Shown: positions 50,448-59,464 of the stretch, piece by piece
Numbering within the stretch: the first letter of the stretch is position 1
Layout: each line of letters opens with the position of its first letter
Origin: Alphaproteobacteria bacterium
Lineage (GTDB): Bacteria > Pseudomonadota > Alphaproteobacteria > JABAAW01
DNA length: 64,000 nt
Direction: 5' to 3'
NCBI GenBank assembly: GCA_965216605.1
Contig: CBDCGG010000002.1
Location: forward strand, 1,025,878 to 1,089,877
Position numbers and translations under genes: made by a program
The notes under the pieces: model-generated
What the model was told of the DNA's origin: nothing
Database searches by the model: none
What the model saw: the letters and a program-made list of their open reading frames with translations, nothing else

Positions 50448-51475
50448 GGCAGCTCTGCGTCTTTGAGCTGTTGCAAGAGCTGCTTGAGTTGCCGTTCGTC
50501 TAGCCATGCCTCGTTGCTGTTGCTGGCGTATTCGAAGTCCTCATCGACGCGCCGATACTCTTGCTGCGGGGGTTGCATAAGCGTCGGCGAGACGATTATG
50601 TAGCAGTTTTCACCCTCGAATGTGTCGCGCGCCTCCTCTTGCGGTACCAGCAGCTCGTGAATTTTTTCTCCCTCTCTCACCCCGACGATGTCGACCTTGG
50701 CTTGCGGAGCGGTCATCTTAATGATCACCTTGGCGAGATCGATGATTTTCATAGAAGGGATTTTAGGCACAAAAATTTCTCCACCCTGCATGCTCGCAAG
50801 GCTTGCGGAGACGAAGCGCACGCTTTGCTCCAAAGAGATCCAAAAGCGCGTCATGCGCTCGTCGGTGATGGTCAGCAGTCCCTTTTTCGCCTGCTCGCGG
50901 AACAAAGGCACAACGCTGCCGCGCGAGCCAAGCACATTGCCGTAGCGCACGACGGAAAAGCGCGTGCCGCGCTCGCCGGCAAGGTTGTTCGCAGCGACAA
51001 AGAGCTTGTCGGCGCAGAGCTTGGAGGCACCGTAGAGGTTGATCGGATTGACCGCCTTGTCCGTCGAAAGCGCAAGCACGCGCTCCACATTGCAATCGAG
51101 CGCAGCCTTGATGACATTCTCCGCTCCGATCACATTGGTCAGAATACACTCGATCGGGTTATATTCGGCGGCGGGTACCTGCTTCAGCGCGGCGGCGTGA
51201 ATCACAACATCGATGTTGCTGAACGCGCGCTTCAGGCGATCGTAGTCGCGCACATCGCCCAAGAAGAAACGCAACTCGGTGTGCGGAAACTCTTGGCGCA
51301 TGCACGATTGCTTGTACTCGTCGCGCGAGAAGACAACAAGCCTTTTAGGACCCCCTCCCGCAGACCCCTCCCCCGCAGTCCCCCCGCCCGCCAGCACCGA
51401 GCGCAAGAAGGCTCTGCCGAACGAGCCGCTACCGCCCGTGATCAAAACCTGTTTGTCGGCTAAAGAAAAGGTCAT
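50444..51475 (-). CDS. pseB: UDP-GlcNAc 4,6-dehydratase (inverting)
   Basis: ITGGSGSFG, FSRDEYKQ, AAALKQVPAAEYNP, YGNVLGSRGSV, TRFWI. Confidence 0.93.
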   Translation of the reverse strand: MTFSLADKQVLITGGSGSFGRAFLRSVLAGGGTAGEGSAGGGPKRLVVFSRDEYKQSCMRQEFPHTELRFFLGDVRDYDRLKRAFSNIDVVIHAAALKQVPAAEYNPIECILTNVIGAENVIKAALDCNVERVLALSTDKAVNPINLYGASKLCADKLFVAANNLAGERGTRFSVVRYGNVLGSRGSVVPLFREQAKKGLLTITDERMTRFWISLEQSVRFVSASLASMQGGEIFVPKIPSMKIIDLAKVIIKMTAPQAKVDIVGVREGEKIHELLVPQEEARDTFEGENCYIIVSPTLMQPPQQEYRRVDEDFEYASNSNEAWLDERQLKQLLQQLKDAELP

Positions 51476-52647
51476 GCGCGCGCTCGGTAGCAGGCGGTCA
51501 GTCTTGCTACCATGTGGTCGAAGGTGAGGCTTTGCAACGCGCGGTGCGAGAGCTGAAAAGCTTTTTTGGGCTGTGGAAAAAATTCTAGGTCGAGGCAAGA
51601 TTTCTGCAACACGCCCTGCATCCAGCCCATGTTGCGATAGGTGACCAAAATAGGCAAGCGCGCGTTGGCATACTCGCTCACCTTCAAAGGAAAGGCGAAG
51701 GTGTTTGTAAGGGTTTCTTCTCGCGGTAGCAGTCCGTAATCGAAGGCGCAGAGGGCTTGTTGCAACTGCTCGCTCGGTAAAAAACCCGTGTGCACAAGCG
51801 GGAGTTCGAGAGCTAGAATTTCCGCGTGGTGGCGACGAGGGACAAAAAAGAAAACGCTCACTTCCTTGTGCTTATGCGCAAATGCGAAGAGGGCAGGCTT
51901 GTTCTGCCAGCCGCTGAGCGTGCCTGCGAAGACGACGGCAGGGCGCGTCTTGTCGATACGCAGCTTCGTCTGCCATTGTTTCCGATAGCGCGCGTGCTGT
52001 TGTTCGGATAGGGCTTTGTCGAAGCCGCAGTGGACAAGGCATACCTTGCCATCAAAACGCGCTCGGTGCTCGCGCAAATAGGCGAGCGCGTTATACGAGA
52101 CGGTCTCGATCAAGTCTGTCCAGCGCGCAAGAAAGCGATGCTCCGCCCACGCAAGCCAGCGCGCGAGCAGTTTGGCAAGCACGCGCGAGCCGAGAACACG
52201 CTGGTATTCGGCGATCTCTTCGACAGGACCTTGCATGTCGTAGGAGATGCGCGCGTTGTTGTTTTTGACGATGCGTCCCAATCTATCGCCCCACAGAGAG
52301 AGCCATATCCCTGATACCAACACCCAGTCGGGTTGCGTTGTTGCCATGGCAGCCTTCAGTTTTTGCAACAAACGCGGCGATTGTCGTAACCATTCTTCTG
52401 TTGCGCCGACTTGAACGATGTCTAATGGTGCTTGTGTGCGCACCTTCGCGGTAATGCCTCCGAAGCGCAGGCAGAAGTATCTCACCTTCACTCCCTGTCT
52501 TTCTAAGGCTACGGTTTTCCCTCGCATGAGGCTTCGTGCGCCGTTCTCGCTGTACAGGTTGTGCGTCGTGATCACCAGCAACGTCAGGGGTTTGCCGCCT
52601 GTCGTGCGCGCGCGGTGCGTTTTCGTGTTCGTCTTTTTCTTTATCAT
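51472..52647 (-). CDS. Putative glycosyltransferase (GT-B-like)
   Basis: VVFAG..., DYGLLPRE...FPLKVSEYANARLPIL resembles GT4 C-terminal motifs; coupled to pseB. Confidence 0.6.
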   Translation of the reverse strand: MIKKKTNTKTHRARTTGGKPLTLLVITTHNLYSENGARSLMRGKTVALERQGVKVRYFCLRFGGITAKVRTQAPLDIVQVGATEEWLRQSPRLLQKLKAAMATTQPDWVLVSGIWLSLWGDRLGRIVKNNNARISYDMQGPVEEIAEYQRVLGSRVLAKLLARWLAWAEHRFLARWTDLIETVSYNALAYLREHRARFDGKVCLVHCGFDKALSEQQHARYRKQWQTKLRIDKTRPAVVFAGTLSGWQNKPALFAFAHKHKEVSVFFFVPRRHHAEILALELPLVHTGFLPSEQLQQALCAFDYGLLPREETLTNTFAFPLKVSEYANARLPILVTYRNMGWMQGVLQKSCLDLEFFPQPKKAFQLSHRALQSLTFDHMVARLTACYRARA

Positions 52648-53270
52648 GGGGTCTCTGTTCTGTAAGCGATGAGGGAGAGAAAGCGCAGGGGCAGGCGTTT
52701 GAGTTCGAGCGGTCCGTGCGGTGCGCTCGCCTCGAAGAACAGCGAGTCGCCGCGTTTGAGCAGAAACTCCTTGTCGCCGTGGCGGTAGAGAATCTCGCCG
52801 CTGAGGATATAGAGGAACTCGGTACCTGCGTGCTGGAAGACGGGGAAGGGTTGCGAATCTTCCGTCATGGTGATGAGGAAGGGTTCGACATGCAGATCGG
52901 CGTTCGAGACGGGGTGTCCGAGCAGGTTGTAGCCGTGTCCTGCTTTCGTGCCTCTTCGCTCGACGGGCAACCCCTTGCCCGCCTTGACATGCGAGACCTG
53001 CCACGCACGCTCGAAACGCTGGAAGAAGTGCGAGATAGGAACCGACAGCGCCGTGCTCAGTGCCTGTAGCGTGGAGAGCGACGGTGCCGTCGTGCCGTTC
53101 TCGATGCGCGAGAGCATGCTGGGGGAAAGACTCGCGCGTTCGGCGAGCGCGGTCGTCGTCAAGGCACGCTCGTTACGCATCGCGCGCACTTGTCTACCGA
53201 TGGCAGCCTCCAGCGCGCGCTCCTCGTTGCTGTGCGGTGCTTGCGAGAGGGAAGAGCCTTGCTTTACCAT
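52644..53270 (-). CDS. XRE-family HTH + cupin transcriptional regulator
   Basis: LAERASLSPSMLSRIENG..PSLSTL, FQHAGTEFLYIL, GDSLFFEASAPHG. Confidence 0.9.
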   Translation of the reverse strand: MVKQGSSLSQAPHSNEERALEAAIGRQVRAMRNERALTTTALAERASLSPSMLSRIENGTTAPSLSTLQALSTALSVPISHFFQRFERAWQVSHVKAGKGLPVERRGTKAGHGYNLLGHPVSNADLHVEPFLITMTEDSQPFPVFQHAGTEFLYILSGEILYRHGDKEFLLKRGDSLFFEASAPHGPLELKRLPLRFLSLIAYRTETP

Positions 53271-53325
53271 CCCTTTGCTCTGCCCTTTTGCACAAGGCTT
53301 GGCAGAAGTTTCTTTTTGGGCGAGG

Positions 53326-54075
53326 CTATGTGGCGGCATCGACGATAGCGAGTAGCTTTTCTGCGTCCAAGCTGGCGTTGCCGACAAGTACGCCGTCGGT
53401 CGCATCCAAAATTTCGGCGGCGTTCGCAGGGGCAACAGAGCCGCCGTAGAGGACGGATATCTTCGTGTGCACGGGGACGAGATTTTGTGTTTGCTCGAAA
53501 ATGGCGCGGCACACATCGACGATCTCGGCGGTGGCAGGCATCGTGCCGCTGCCGATAGCCCATACGGGCTCGTAGGCGACGATCAGGCGAGAAATTTGTT
53601 GCAGGGCTGGAGGTAGCGCGGCTATGGCACTCGTCAGTTGTCGTGTCAGATGACTCTGGCGTTGCGCGCGCTCGTCTTGTCGTTCGCCTATGCACAGCAC
53701 GGGCGTGAGATCGGCTTTCACGGCGGCGAGCAGTTGCAGGGCGATCGTCTCGTCGTCTTCTCCTTGCGCGCGCCGCTCGGCGTGTCCGACGAGGGTGAGG
53801 CTTGCTCCTGCGTCTTTGAGCATGGCAGCCGAGATGCTTCCTGTAAAACTGCCTGCGGGCTCAGCGTGGCAGCCTTGTCCGCCGAGCAGCACGGGAGGAT
53901 TTTTCGTTTCTACTACGATCGAGCAGAACTGCGCGAGCAAGGTCGCGGGCGGGCAGAGCGCGAGCTGTGCGATGGCGGCGCGTTCGACCGAGTAGCCGTT
54001 TGCGATGGTGCGGAAGGTTGTAGCGGCGCTTTTCAAGCCGTTCATCTTCCAGTTGCCGATGACGATCTTGCTCAT
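53326..54075 (-). CDS. tpiA: Triosephosphate isomerase
   Basis: GNWKMNG, VGHAERR, VAYEPVWAIG, LYGGSV, DGVLVG.ASL. Confidence 0.95.
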   Translation of the reverse strand: MSKIVIGNWKMNGLKSAATTFRTIANGYSVERAAIAQLALCPPATLLAQFCSIVVETKNPPVLLGGQGCHAEPAGSFTGSISAAMLKDAGASLTLVGHAERRAQGEDDETIALQLLAAVKADLTPVLCIGERQDERAQRQSHLTRQLTSAIAALPPALQQISRLIVAYEPVWAIGSGTMPATAEIVDVCRAIFEQTQNLVPVHTKISVLYGGSVAPANAAEILDATDGVLVGNASLDAEKLLAIVDAAT

Positions 54076-54138
54076 GCGCGGAGGGGGTGCGGGGTGGGGC
54101 AGAAGAGTGGGGCAGAAGAGTGGTACAGGAGAGTGGTG

Positions 54139-54210
54139 CAGGAGTGGAGGGATTCGAACCCACAGCCCCCGGTTTTGGAGACCGGTGCTCTACCGTTGAG
54201 CTACACTCCT
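54139..54210 (-). tRNA. tRNA-Trp(CCA)
   Basis: AGGAGTG/CACTCCT acceptor, CCGGT-CTCCAAA-ACCGG anticodon arm, GGTTCGAATCC. Confidence 0.95.
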
Positions 54211-54279
54211 ATCGTTCTGCTCGTTCTGCGGATAGGATACCAAAGTCATAAACATGGCGACAGGAGGGTGGTGCGAAAG

Positions 54280-54350
54280 AGCGGGTGATGGGGATCGAAC
54301 CCACACGACCAGCTTGGAAGGCTGGGACTCTACCATTGAGCTACACCCGC
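54280..54350 (-). tRNA. tRNA-Gly(TCC)
   Basis: GCGGGTG/CACCCGC acceptor, CCAGC-CTTCCAA-GCTGG anticodon arm. Confidence 0.95.
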
Positions 54351-54599
54351 ATTCAGCGATAACCGCGCCGCTTTCCCCTCATCGCAAGCGACTAGAAGGG
54401 GATTCGGAGAATAATTCTACGCCATAGGGCTTTTGTTGTAAAGGCTTTTCGCGTGCGAACGACGATGCACCTTGAAATAGAAAAAACTCTCTTGCTTCAC
54501 CTTGGAGGAAAGAGAGGGGAGCCTCACAATAGGAGCGAAGTTTTTAACACGAGTGGCGAGAGAGAGTTTTCGCTCGAACGATCGTGAGGAGGTTATGAG

Positions 54600-54911
54600 A
54601 TGGGTATTATCGGAGCAGTGGTAAAGGGTGTGACGGGTTATGCCGCGGCGCGTAGCAAAGAGCGTACAACAGCATTGGGCGGAGGGTTGTGCGTGGCTGC
54701 GCTGTATTTTCGTGTGATGCATCCTAAAGCGATGGATGAGATCATGTTTTACATCGTCTTTGGCTTGGGCGCTCTTGTGGCGTTACTGAAGACGGAGTTC
54801 ATGCGTGTTATGGCGGTTGCGATTGTCGATGCGATGAAGAGCAAGAAGAGCAAGAAGAGCAATAAGAGCAAGAAGAGCAAGAAGAGCAAGCCGCGCAAGA
54901 AGCGCAAGTGA
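54600..54911 (+). CDS. Small 2-TM protein with highly basic tail (holin-like)
   Basis: Two hydrophobic segments, KSKKSKKSNKSKK tail built from 9-bp repeats, GAGGAGG RBS, directly upstream of a peptidoglycan hydrolase. Confidence 0.5.
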   Translation: MGIIGAVVKGVTGYAAARSKERTTALGGGLCVAALYFRVMHPKAMDEIMFYIVFGLGALVALLKTEFMRVMAVAIVDAMKSKKSKKSNKSKKSKKSKPRKKRK

Positions 54912-54926
54912 GGGGGGGGTGATAGA

Positions 54927-55430
54927 ATGGCGGAGTATCTAACCGAGCATTTTTCGTTGCAGGAGATGGTAAGATCCTCCTTTGCGACGCGCAAGGGTTT
55001 GGACAATACGCCGACGGCTCGCCAGCGTGCGAATCTCGTTCGAACATGCGAGGTTTTGGAAGAGGTGCGCGCTTTGCTAGGCGGTCGGTTGTTGTTTGTT
55101 TCTAGCGGGTTGCGTAAGGGGAGGGTGAATGACTATCAGGGGGGTGCTCGTCGTTCGGCGCACAAGAGGGGATTGGCAGCGGATTTGGATAATTTGCCTG
55201 AGGGCAACTACGAGTCGTTTTTGCGGATAGCACCTTATGTCTTGCGGCGGGAGTTTCCTGTCGATCAGTTGATCGGGGAGTTCTTTTTGCCAGACGAGCC
55301 TCGCGGGGGGTGGATTCACATGGGGTTAGCGGATGGGCGGAAGGAGCCGAGGTATCAGATTTTGCGTGCAGAGAAGGTTGGGGGCAGGACGCGCTATCTT
55401 GTTTGGGATGAGCCGTGGCAGATGGTGTAG
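54927..55430 (+). CDS. Peptidase M15A family (phage-endolysin-like) protein
   Basis: LTEHFSLQEM..S, SSGLR..VN..GG..SAH..GLAAD, WIHMG zinc motifs. Confidence 0.85.
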   Translation: MAEYLTEHFSLQEMVRSSFATRKGLDNTPTARQRANLVRTCEVLEEVRALLGGRLLFVSSGLRKGRVNDYQGGARRSAHKRGLAADLDNLPEGNYESFLRIAPYVLRREFPVDQLIGEFFLPDEPRGGWIHMGLADGRKEPRYQILRAEKVGGRTRYLVWDEPWQMV

Positions 55431-55463
55431 GGAGTAATAAGGGGGGAGGGGGGAGGGGATAAA

Positions 55464-55545
55464 TGGAGGGAGTAGGATTCGAACCTACGTAGGCAGAGCC
55501 AACGGGTTTACAGCCCGTCTCCTTTAACCACTCGGACATCCCTCC
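55464..55545 (-). tRNA. tRNA-Tyr(GTA)
   Basis: GGAGGGA/TCCCTCC acceptor, ACGGG-CTGTAAA-CCCGT anticodon arm, long variable arm. Confidence 0.95.
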
Positions 55546-55585
55546 GATAGCCGTATTTTACGATGTATGAGGGGCGGAGGCAAGG

Positions 55586-55659
55586 GGGGAATTTATCCCC
55601 AAGGGGAATTTATCCCCCTCGCGCCCCCGCGTGCTACGCACGCGATGTTTTGCATCCGT
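55586..55659. repeat. Partial reverse repeat copy with tandem GGGGAATTTATCCCC palindromes
   Basis: CCCCGCGTGCTACGCACGCGATGTTTTGCATCCGT matches 45841-45875; the GGGGAATTTATCCC motif is also at ~10726 and, reversed, at ~35472. Confidence 0.8.
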
Positions 55660-55680
55660 GAAAATTGTCAGCGCACATGC

Positions 55681-56733
55681 CTACGCGTCAACCCTCTGCT
55701 CCTCATCCAACACAGCAAATACCCCCTCCAACACCTCCTCAATGCCCTCCCCCGTCACATTAGAAATCACAAAAACACCCCCCAAATTCCGCTCCCCCAA
55801 CACCTCCCCCAATGCCCCCCCGACCGCCTCGCGCAAGACCTCCGCCTCCCCAACATTCAACAAATCCGCCTTCGTTACAATAAAAAAACGACGCTTCTCC
55901 AATAACCCACAGCCATATCCCCCCAACTCATCCCCAATAATCCGAAAATCCTCCACTAACCCCGCAACAATATCCGATATATCTCCCCCAACCCGCGCCT
56001 CCGCTAACTGCAACAAAACTCGACACCGCTCCATATGTCCCAAGAAACGATGCCCCAATCCTAATCCCTCGCTCGCTCCCTCTATCAAGCCAGGCAAATC
56101 GGCAAAAACAGCCTCCCGATAACCCCGCAAAACAAACCCCAAGTGAGGACGCAAAGTCGTATAGGCATACTCCGCAACCTTCGTCTTCGATCGACTCACC
56201 GAACGCAATAACGAAGACTTCCCCGCATTCGGCAAACCCGCAAGTCCCACATCCGCCAAAACCTTCAATCGCAAAATCACACGCCTTGCCTCCCCCTCAC
56301 CGCCATCCTGCGACATGCGCGGCGACCGATGCGTCGAAGAACGAAAATGCGCGTTTCCATATCCACCCCGACCCCCGCGACACAACAAAACCTCCTCCCC
56401 CGCCTCCACAAGATCGGCAAGCAAGGCACCACTCGCCTCGTCAAAAACTTGCGTCCCCTGCGGCAGATCGAGCACAATATCCTCTCCTCCCTGTCCGCTC
56501 CGATTTTTTCCCTGTCCGCTGCCGCCGCGCGTAGCGAAAATCCGCCTCCGATAACGATAGTCCAAAAGCGTGTTCAAGCCCTCGACAGCACGCGCAGAAA
56601 TATGCCCTCCCCTGCCGCCGTTGCCGCCGTTCGGACCTCCGCGCGGTACAAACTTCTCGCGCAGAAACGAAATACAGCCGCCGCCGCCGTCACCCGCCTT
56701 GAGCTCTAGTTTGGCAAAATCATGAAACCGCAT
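55681..56733 (-). CDS. obgE: GTPase ObgE/CgtA
   Basis: GGPNGGNGGRGG, DVGLAGLPNAGKSS, YAYTTL.P.LG, ADLPGLIEGA. Confidence 0.96.
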   Translation of the reverse strand: MRFHDFAKLELKAGDGGGGCISFLREKFVPRGGPNGGNGGRGGHISARAVEGLNTLLDYRYRRRIFATRGGSGQGKNRSGQGGEDIVLDLPQGTQVFDEASGALLADLVEAGEEVLLCRGGRGGYGNAHFRSSTHRSPRMSQDGGEGEARRVILRLKVLADVGLAGLPNAGKSSLLRSVSRSKTKVAEYAYTTLRPHLGFVLRGYREAVFADLPGLIEGASEGLGLGHRFLGHMERCRVLLQLAEARVGGDISDIVAGLVEDFRIIGDELGGYGCGLLEKRRFFIVTKADLLNVGEAEVLREAVGGALGEVLGERNLGGVFVISNVTGEGIEEVLEGVFAVLDEEQRVDA

Positions 56734-56754
56734 CGCGCGGCTCGCTCAGCTAAG

Positions 56755-57069
56755 TCAAACGCTCGTCGTCGTTTGCTCGGTCGTAGGCGAGGGCTTTTTA
56801 GAGATAGCCTCAACGACACTTTCGGCGACAACATCGACCATCGATCGCGTGCGCCGCTTACGGAAAGAAACATGTCCCTCCTTCAAGGCAAAAAGCGTGT
56901 GATCCTTGCCAATGCCGACATGGGCGCCCGGATGAAACTTAGTGCCGCGCTGGCGCACGATGATCGTGCCAGGCAAGACCTTCTCGCCGCCGTAACGCTT
57001 CACGCCAAGCCTGCGTCCCGCAGAATCGCGTCCGTTGCGCGATGATCCCCCTGCTTTCTTATGCGCCAT
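56755..57069 (-). CDS. rpmA: 50S ribosomal protein L27
   Basis: [24 protein letters not shown]. Confidence 0.97.
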   Translation of the reverse strand: MAHKKAGGSSRNGRDSAGRRLGVKRYGGEKVLPGTIIVRQRGTKFHPGAHVGIGKDHTLFALKEGHVSFRKRRTRSMVDVVAESVVEAISKKPSPTTEQTTTSV

Positions 57070-57161
57070 CGTTTTTCTCCTCGTTTTTCTCTGGGTGTTT
57101 CTTCTGGTGTTTTTCTGGTGTTTTTGCTGTTTCTTGTCCGTTGGAATCAAGCTTGTTGTCG

Positions 57162-57476
57162 TCAGCCTTGCGAGATATCCGTGATCTCTACACGCGTCAG
57201 ATACTGACGATGTCCGTTCTTGCGCCGCGAATGCTTGCGACGACGTTTTTTGAAGACAATCAACTTCTCGCCGCGATGCTGCGAGAGAACCTTGCCGCTC
57301 ACTCGCGCCTTCTCCAGCACAGCAGGATCGACAATCGTGTCCTTGTCCGCACCCAGCAGCAAAACGCGATCGAACACAACGCTCTCGCCTACCTCGGCAG
57401 GAAGCCGCTCAAGCGTGACATGCACGCCTTTCGCAACGCGATACTGCTTTCCTCCAGTTTCAACAACAGCAAACAT
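57162..57476 (-). CDS. rplU: 50S ribosomal protein L21
   Basis: [25 protein letters not shown]. Confidence 0.97.
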   Translation of the reverse strand: MFAVVETGGKQYRVAKGVHVTLERLPAEVGESVVFDRVLLLGADKDTIVDPAVLEKARVSGKVLSQHRGEKLIVFKKRRRKHSRRKNGHRQYLTRVEITDISQG

Positions 57477-57715
57477 GACAAACAATACGCGAGAGAGTCC
57501 CAAAGTGAGAGAACAAAGACGCTTGAGAGTGATCTCAAAGCCATCCTCGCGCAAGCATAGCAAGCTTGCAACCTCGTTGGCAAGGATTTTTTCAAGAAGA
57601 GCATAAGAATGTCATTTGTCTTAAATTTAAGTTGCGTCTCGGCGGTTTTTGTGCAAGTATCATAGGGGGAGAGGGGTTGGAATCGACAATCGTGCTTTTT
57701 AGCGAGGTGACACCC

Positions 57716-58561
57716 ATGCAACAGATACAGGAGCAGACAGAATCGTCTGCAGCAACGGCGATGCCGTCTACAGATGCGTCGGATGCGTTGCAAGTGAGCG
57801 AGACGAGCGTGGCAGGTCTTTACGACTGGTTCCTCGGCATTTTCTCGTCAGAGCAAAGCGCAGACGCAAACGCCGCCGCAGGTCAGATCGAGGCGTTGAC
57901 AGGAACGGCAACAGTTCTTCGCAACGACGAGCAGAGACTCCTGCGTTTGGGCGACGACATCTACGCCGATGACACAATAGCAACAGGAGCAGACTCAAAA
58001 CTGACCATCGTCTTTATCGACGGCATGGAGTTTCGCTTGGGAGAAGACGCAAAGCTTTTAATCGACGATTTCGTCTTCGATCAGACGAACTCTACAGGAT
58101 TGCAGAGCTTGTCGGCGATCAAGGGAGCTTTCTCCTACGAGAGCGGCTTGCTCGCGGCAAACGATCCCTCGGCGGTGACGATCAAAACGCCATTAGGCAC
58201 ATTAGGCATTCGCGGAACAAAACTTATGGGTTTGGCAGACACTCCTGAGGGACAATGCATCATAACGCTGCTGGACGGACAGATCAAGGTCACAGGCGAC
58301 AAGGGGGGAAGTGCACTTTTGTCCGAGAAATTTGACACAGCCACGATGCGAATCGAATGGAGCCATGTCGGCATGAGCCAACACTCGAAAACAGAGACAG
58401 AGTCGACATTCAAAGATCTGCTCTTTGGCGGCGACGAGGGGGCGATGCAGTCTTTCTTCGACGAGGAGAAAAGCAGCTTCCGTCTGGAAGACAGCGACGC
58501 TTATTCAATCTACGGCGAGACAGCAGCGACAGAGTTCTTGGCGCCGCACCCCGAAGGCTAA
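57716..58561 (+). CDS. FecR-domain protein
   Basis: GDDIYADDTIATG..IVFIDG..LGEDAKLLIDDFVFD..IKTPLGTLGIRGT. Confidence 0.75.
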   Translation: MQQIQEQTESSAATAMPSTDASDALQVSETSVAGLYDWFLGIFSSEQSADANAAAGQIEALTGTATVLRNDEQRLLRLGDDIYADDTIATGADSKLTIVFIDGMEFRLGEDAKLLIDDFVFDQTNSTGLQSLSAIKGAFSYESGLLAANDPSAVTIKTPLGTLGIRGTKLMGLADTPEGQCIITLLDGQIKVTGDKGGSALLSEKFDTATMRIEWSHVGMSQHSKTETESTFKDLLFGGDEGAMQSFFDEEKSSFRLEDSDAYSIYGETAATEFLAPHPEG

Positions 58562-58729
58562 AAAATCTAAAACTAAAGGCTAGCAGCCTTCCTCCGCCAA
58601 CCTTCCTCCTCCTTTCGCTTTAACGCGCTTGGCTTTAACGCGCTTGCAAAGGCGCTTTGGCAGCCTATGATGTTTGCTTGGATATTTGCTTGGATATTTG
58701 CTTGGATATTTGCTTGGATGTTTGCTTGG

Positions 58730-59464
58730 TCAGGCTGCGGCTAGAATCGTCTCCAACTTCTCTACCGCCAAACGCTCCTCGATCTTCTCGACAACCGCAA
58801 CCTCGCGCGACAAACGCTCCAACGCCAACTGGTAATACTGCCGCTCGCTATACGAAGGGCTGGGTTGCTCCTCGCCGCGATACAACTCACGCACAACCTG
58901 CGCCAATCGAACGGGGTCGCCCGAACGAATCTTGTTGTCATACTCCTGCGCACGACGTCCCCACATCGTCTTGCGAATACGACGTTTCGTCTTCAAAGTG
59001 TCGTAGATGCCCTCCATCGCCTCTGGAGAACTCACGCTGCGCAATCCACAATTCTGATACTCGCAAGTCGGAACGCGAACAATCATACGCTCCTGCTCGA
59101 AACTGATCGCTATCATGTCCAAACGCGCGCCCGCAATCTCCTCCGCCTCGACACCGCGAACATAGCCAACGCCATGCGCAGGATGGACGAGGTAGTCACC
59201 CTGGGCAACCTTGTCAGTTTCAATCACGGCAGGTTCGACATTCTTGCCGTCAACATCTCCCTGATGCGGGGGTTGAGGCTTGTTGTTTGCTACAATCTTG
59301 AGCTTAGGCTTGATACTAGCCTTAATAGTAGCTTTGGGCTTCGCCTTGAATTTCGCTTTTTCTTCGCTAGCACTCTTCCGAGAGCTCGAGCGCAGCGTCG
59401 CAGCTCTGTCGCGCAGAGAGCCAAAAACGCTTCTTTTCGCCTTGGGTTGTTCTTTTAGCAGCAA
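58730..59464 (-). CDS. carD: CarD family RNA-polymerase-binding regulator (N-terminal extension may continue to 59747 across a frameshift)
   Basis: GDYLVHPAHGVG, MWGRRAQEY..KIRSGD..A.VVREL, SYSERQ.Y..AL.RL. Confidence 0.9.
   Translation of the reverse strand: MLLKEQPKAKRSVFGSLRDRAATLRSSSRKSASEEKAKFKAKPKATIKASIKPKLKIVANNKPQPPHQGDVDGKNVEPAVIETDKVAQGDYLVHPAHGVGYVRGVEAEEIAGARLDMIAISFEQERMIVRVPTCEYQNCGLRSVSSPEAMEGIYDTLKTKRRIRKTMWGRRAQEYDNKIRSGDPVRLAQVVRELYRGEEQPSPSYSERQYYQLALERLSREVAVVEKIEERLAVEKLETILAAA

Noticed and set aside
54351-55463. Intact prophage or att duplication at tRNA-Tyr/Gly
   Set aside because: No duplicated tRNA 3' end, integrase or virion genes visible.
58668-58730. Five 12-bp TATTTGCTTGGA units, and similar arrays at 21681 and 18010, as possible CRISPR
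   Set aside because: Head-to-tail with no unique spacers, too short, and no cas genes.
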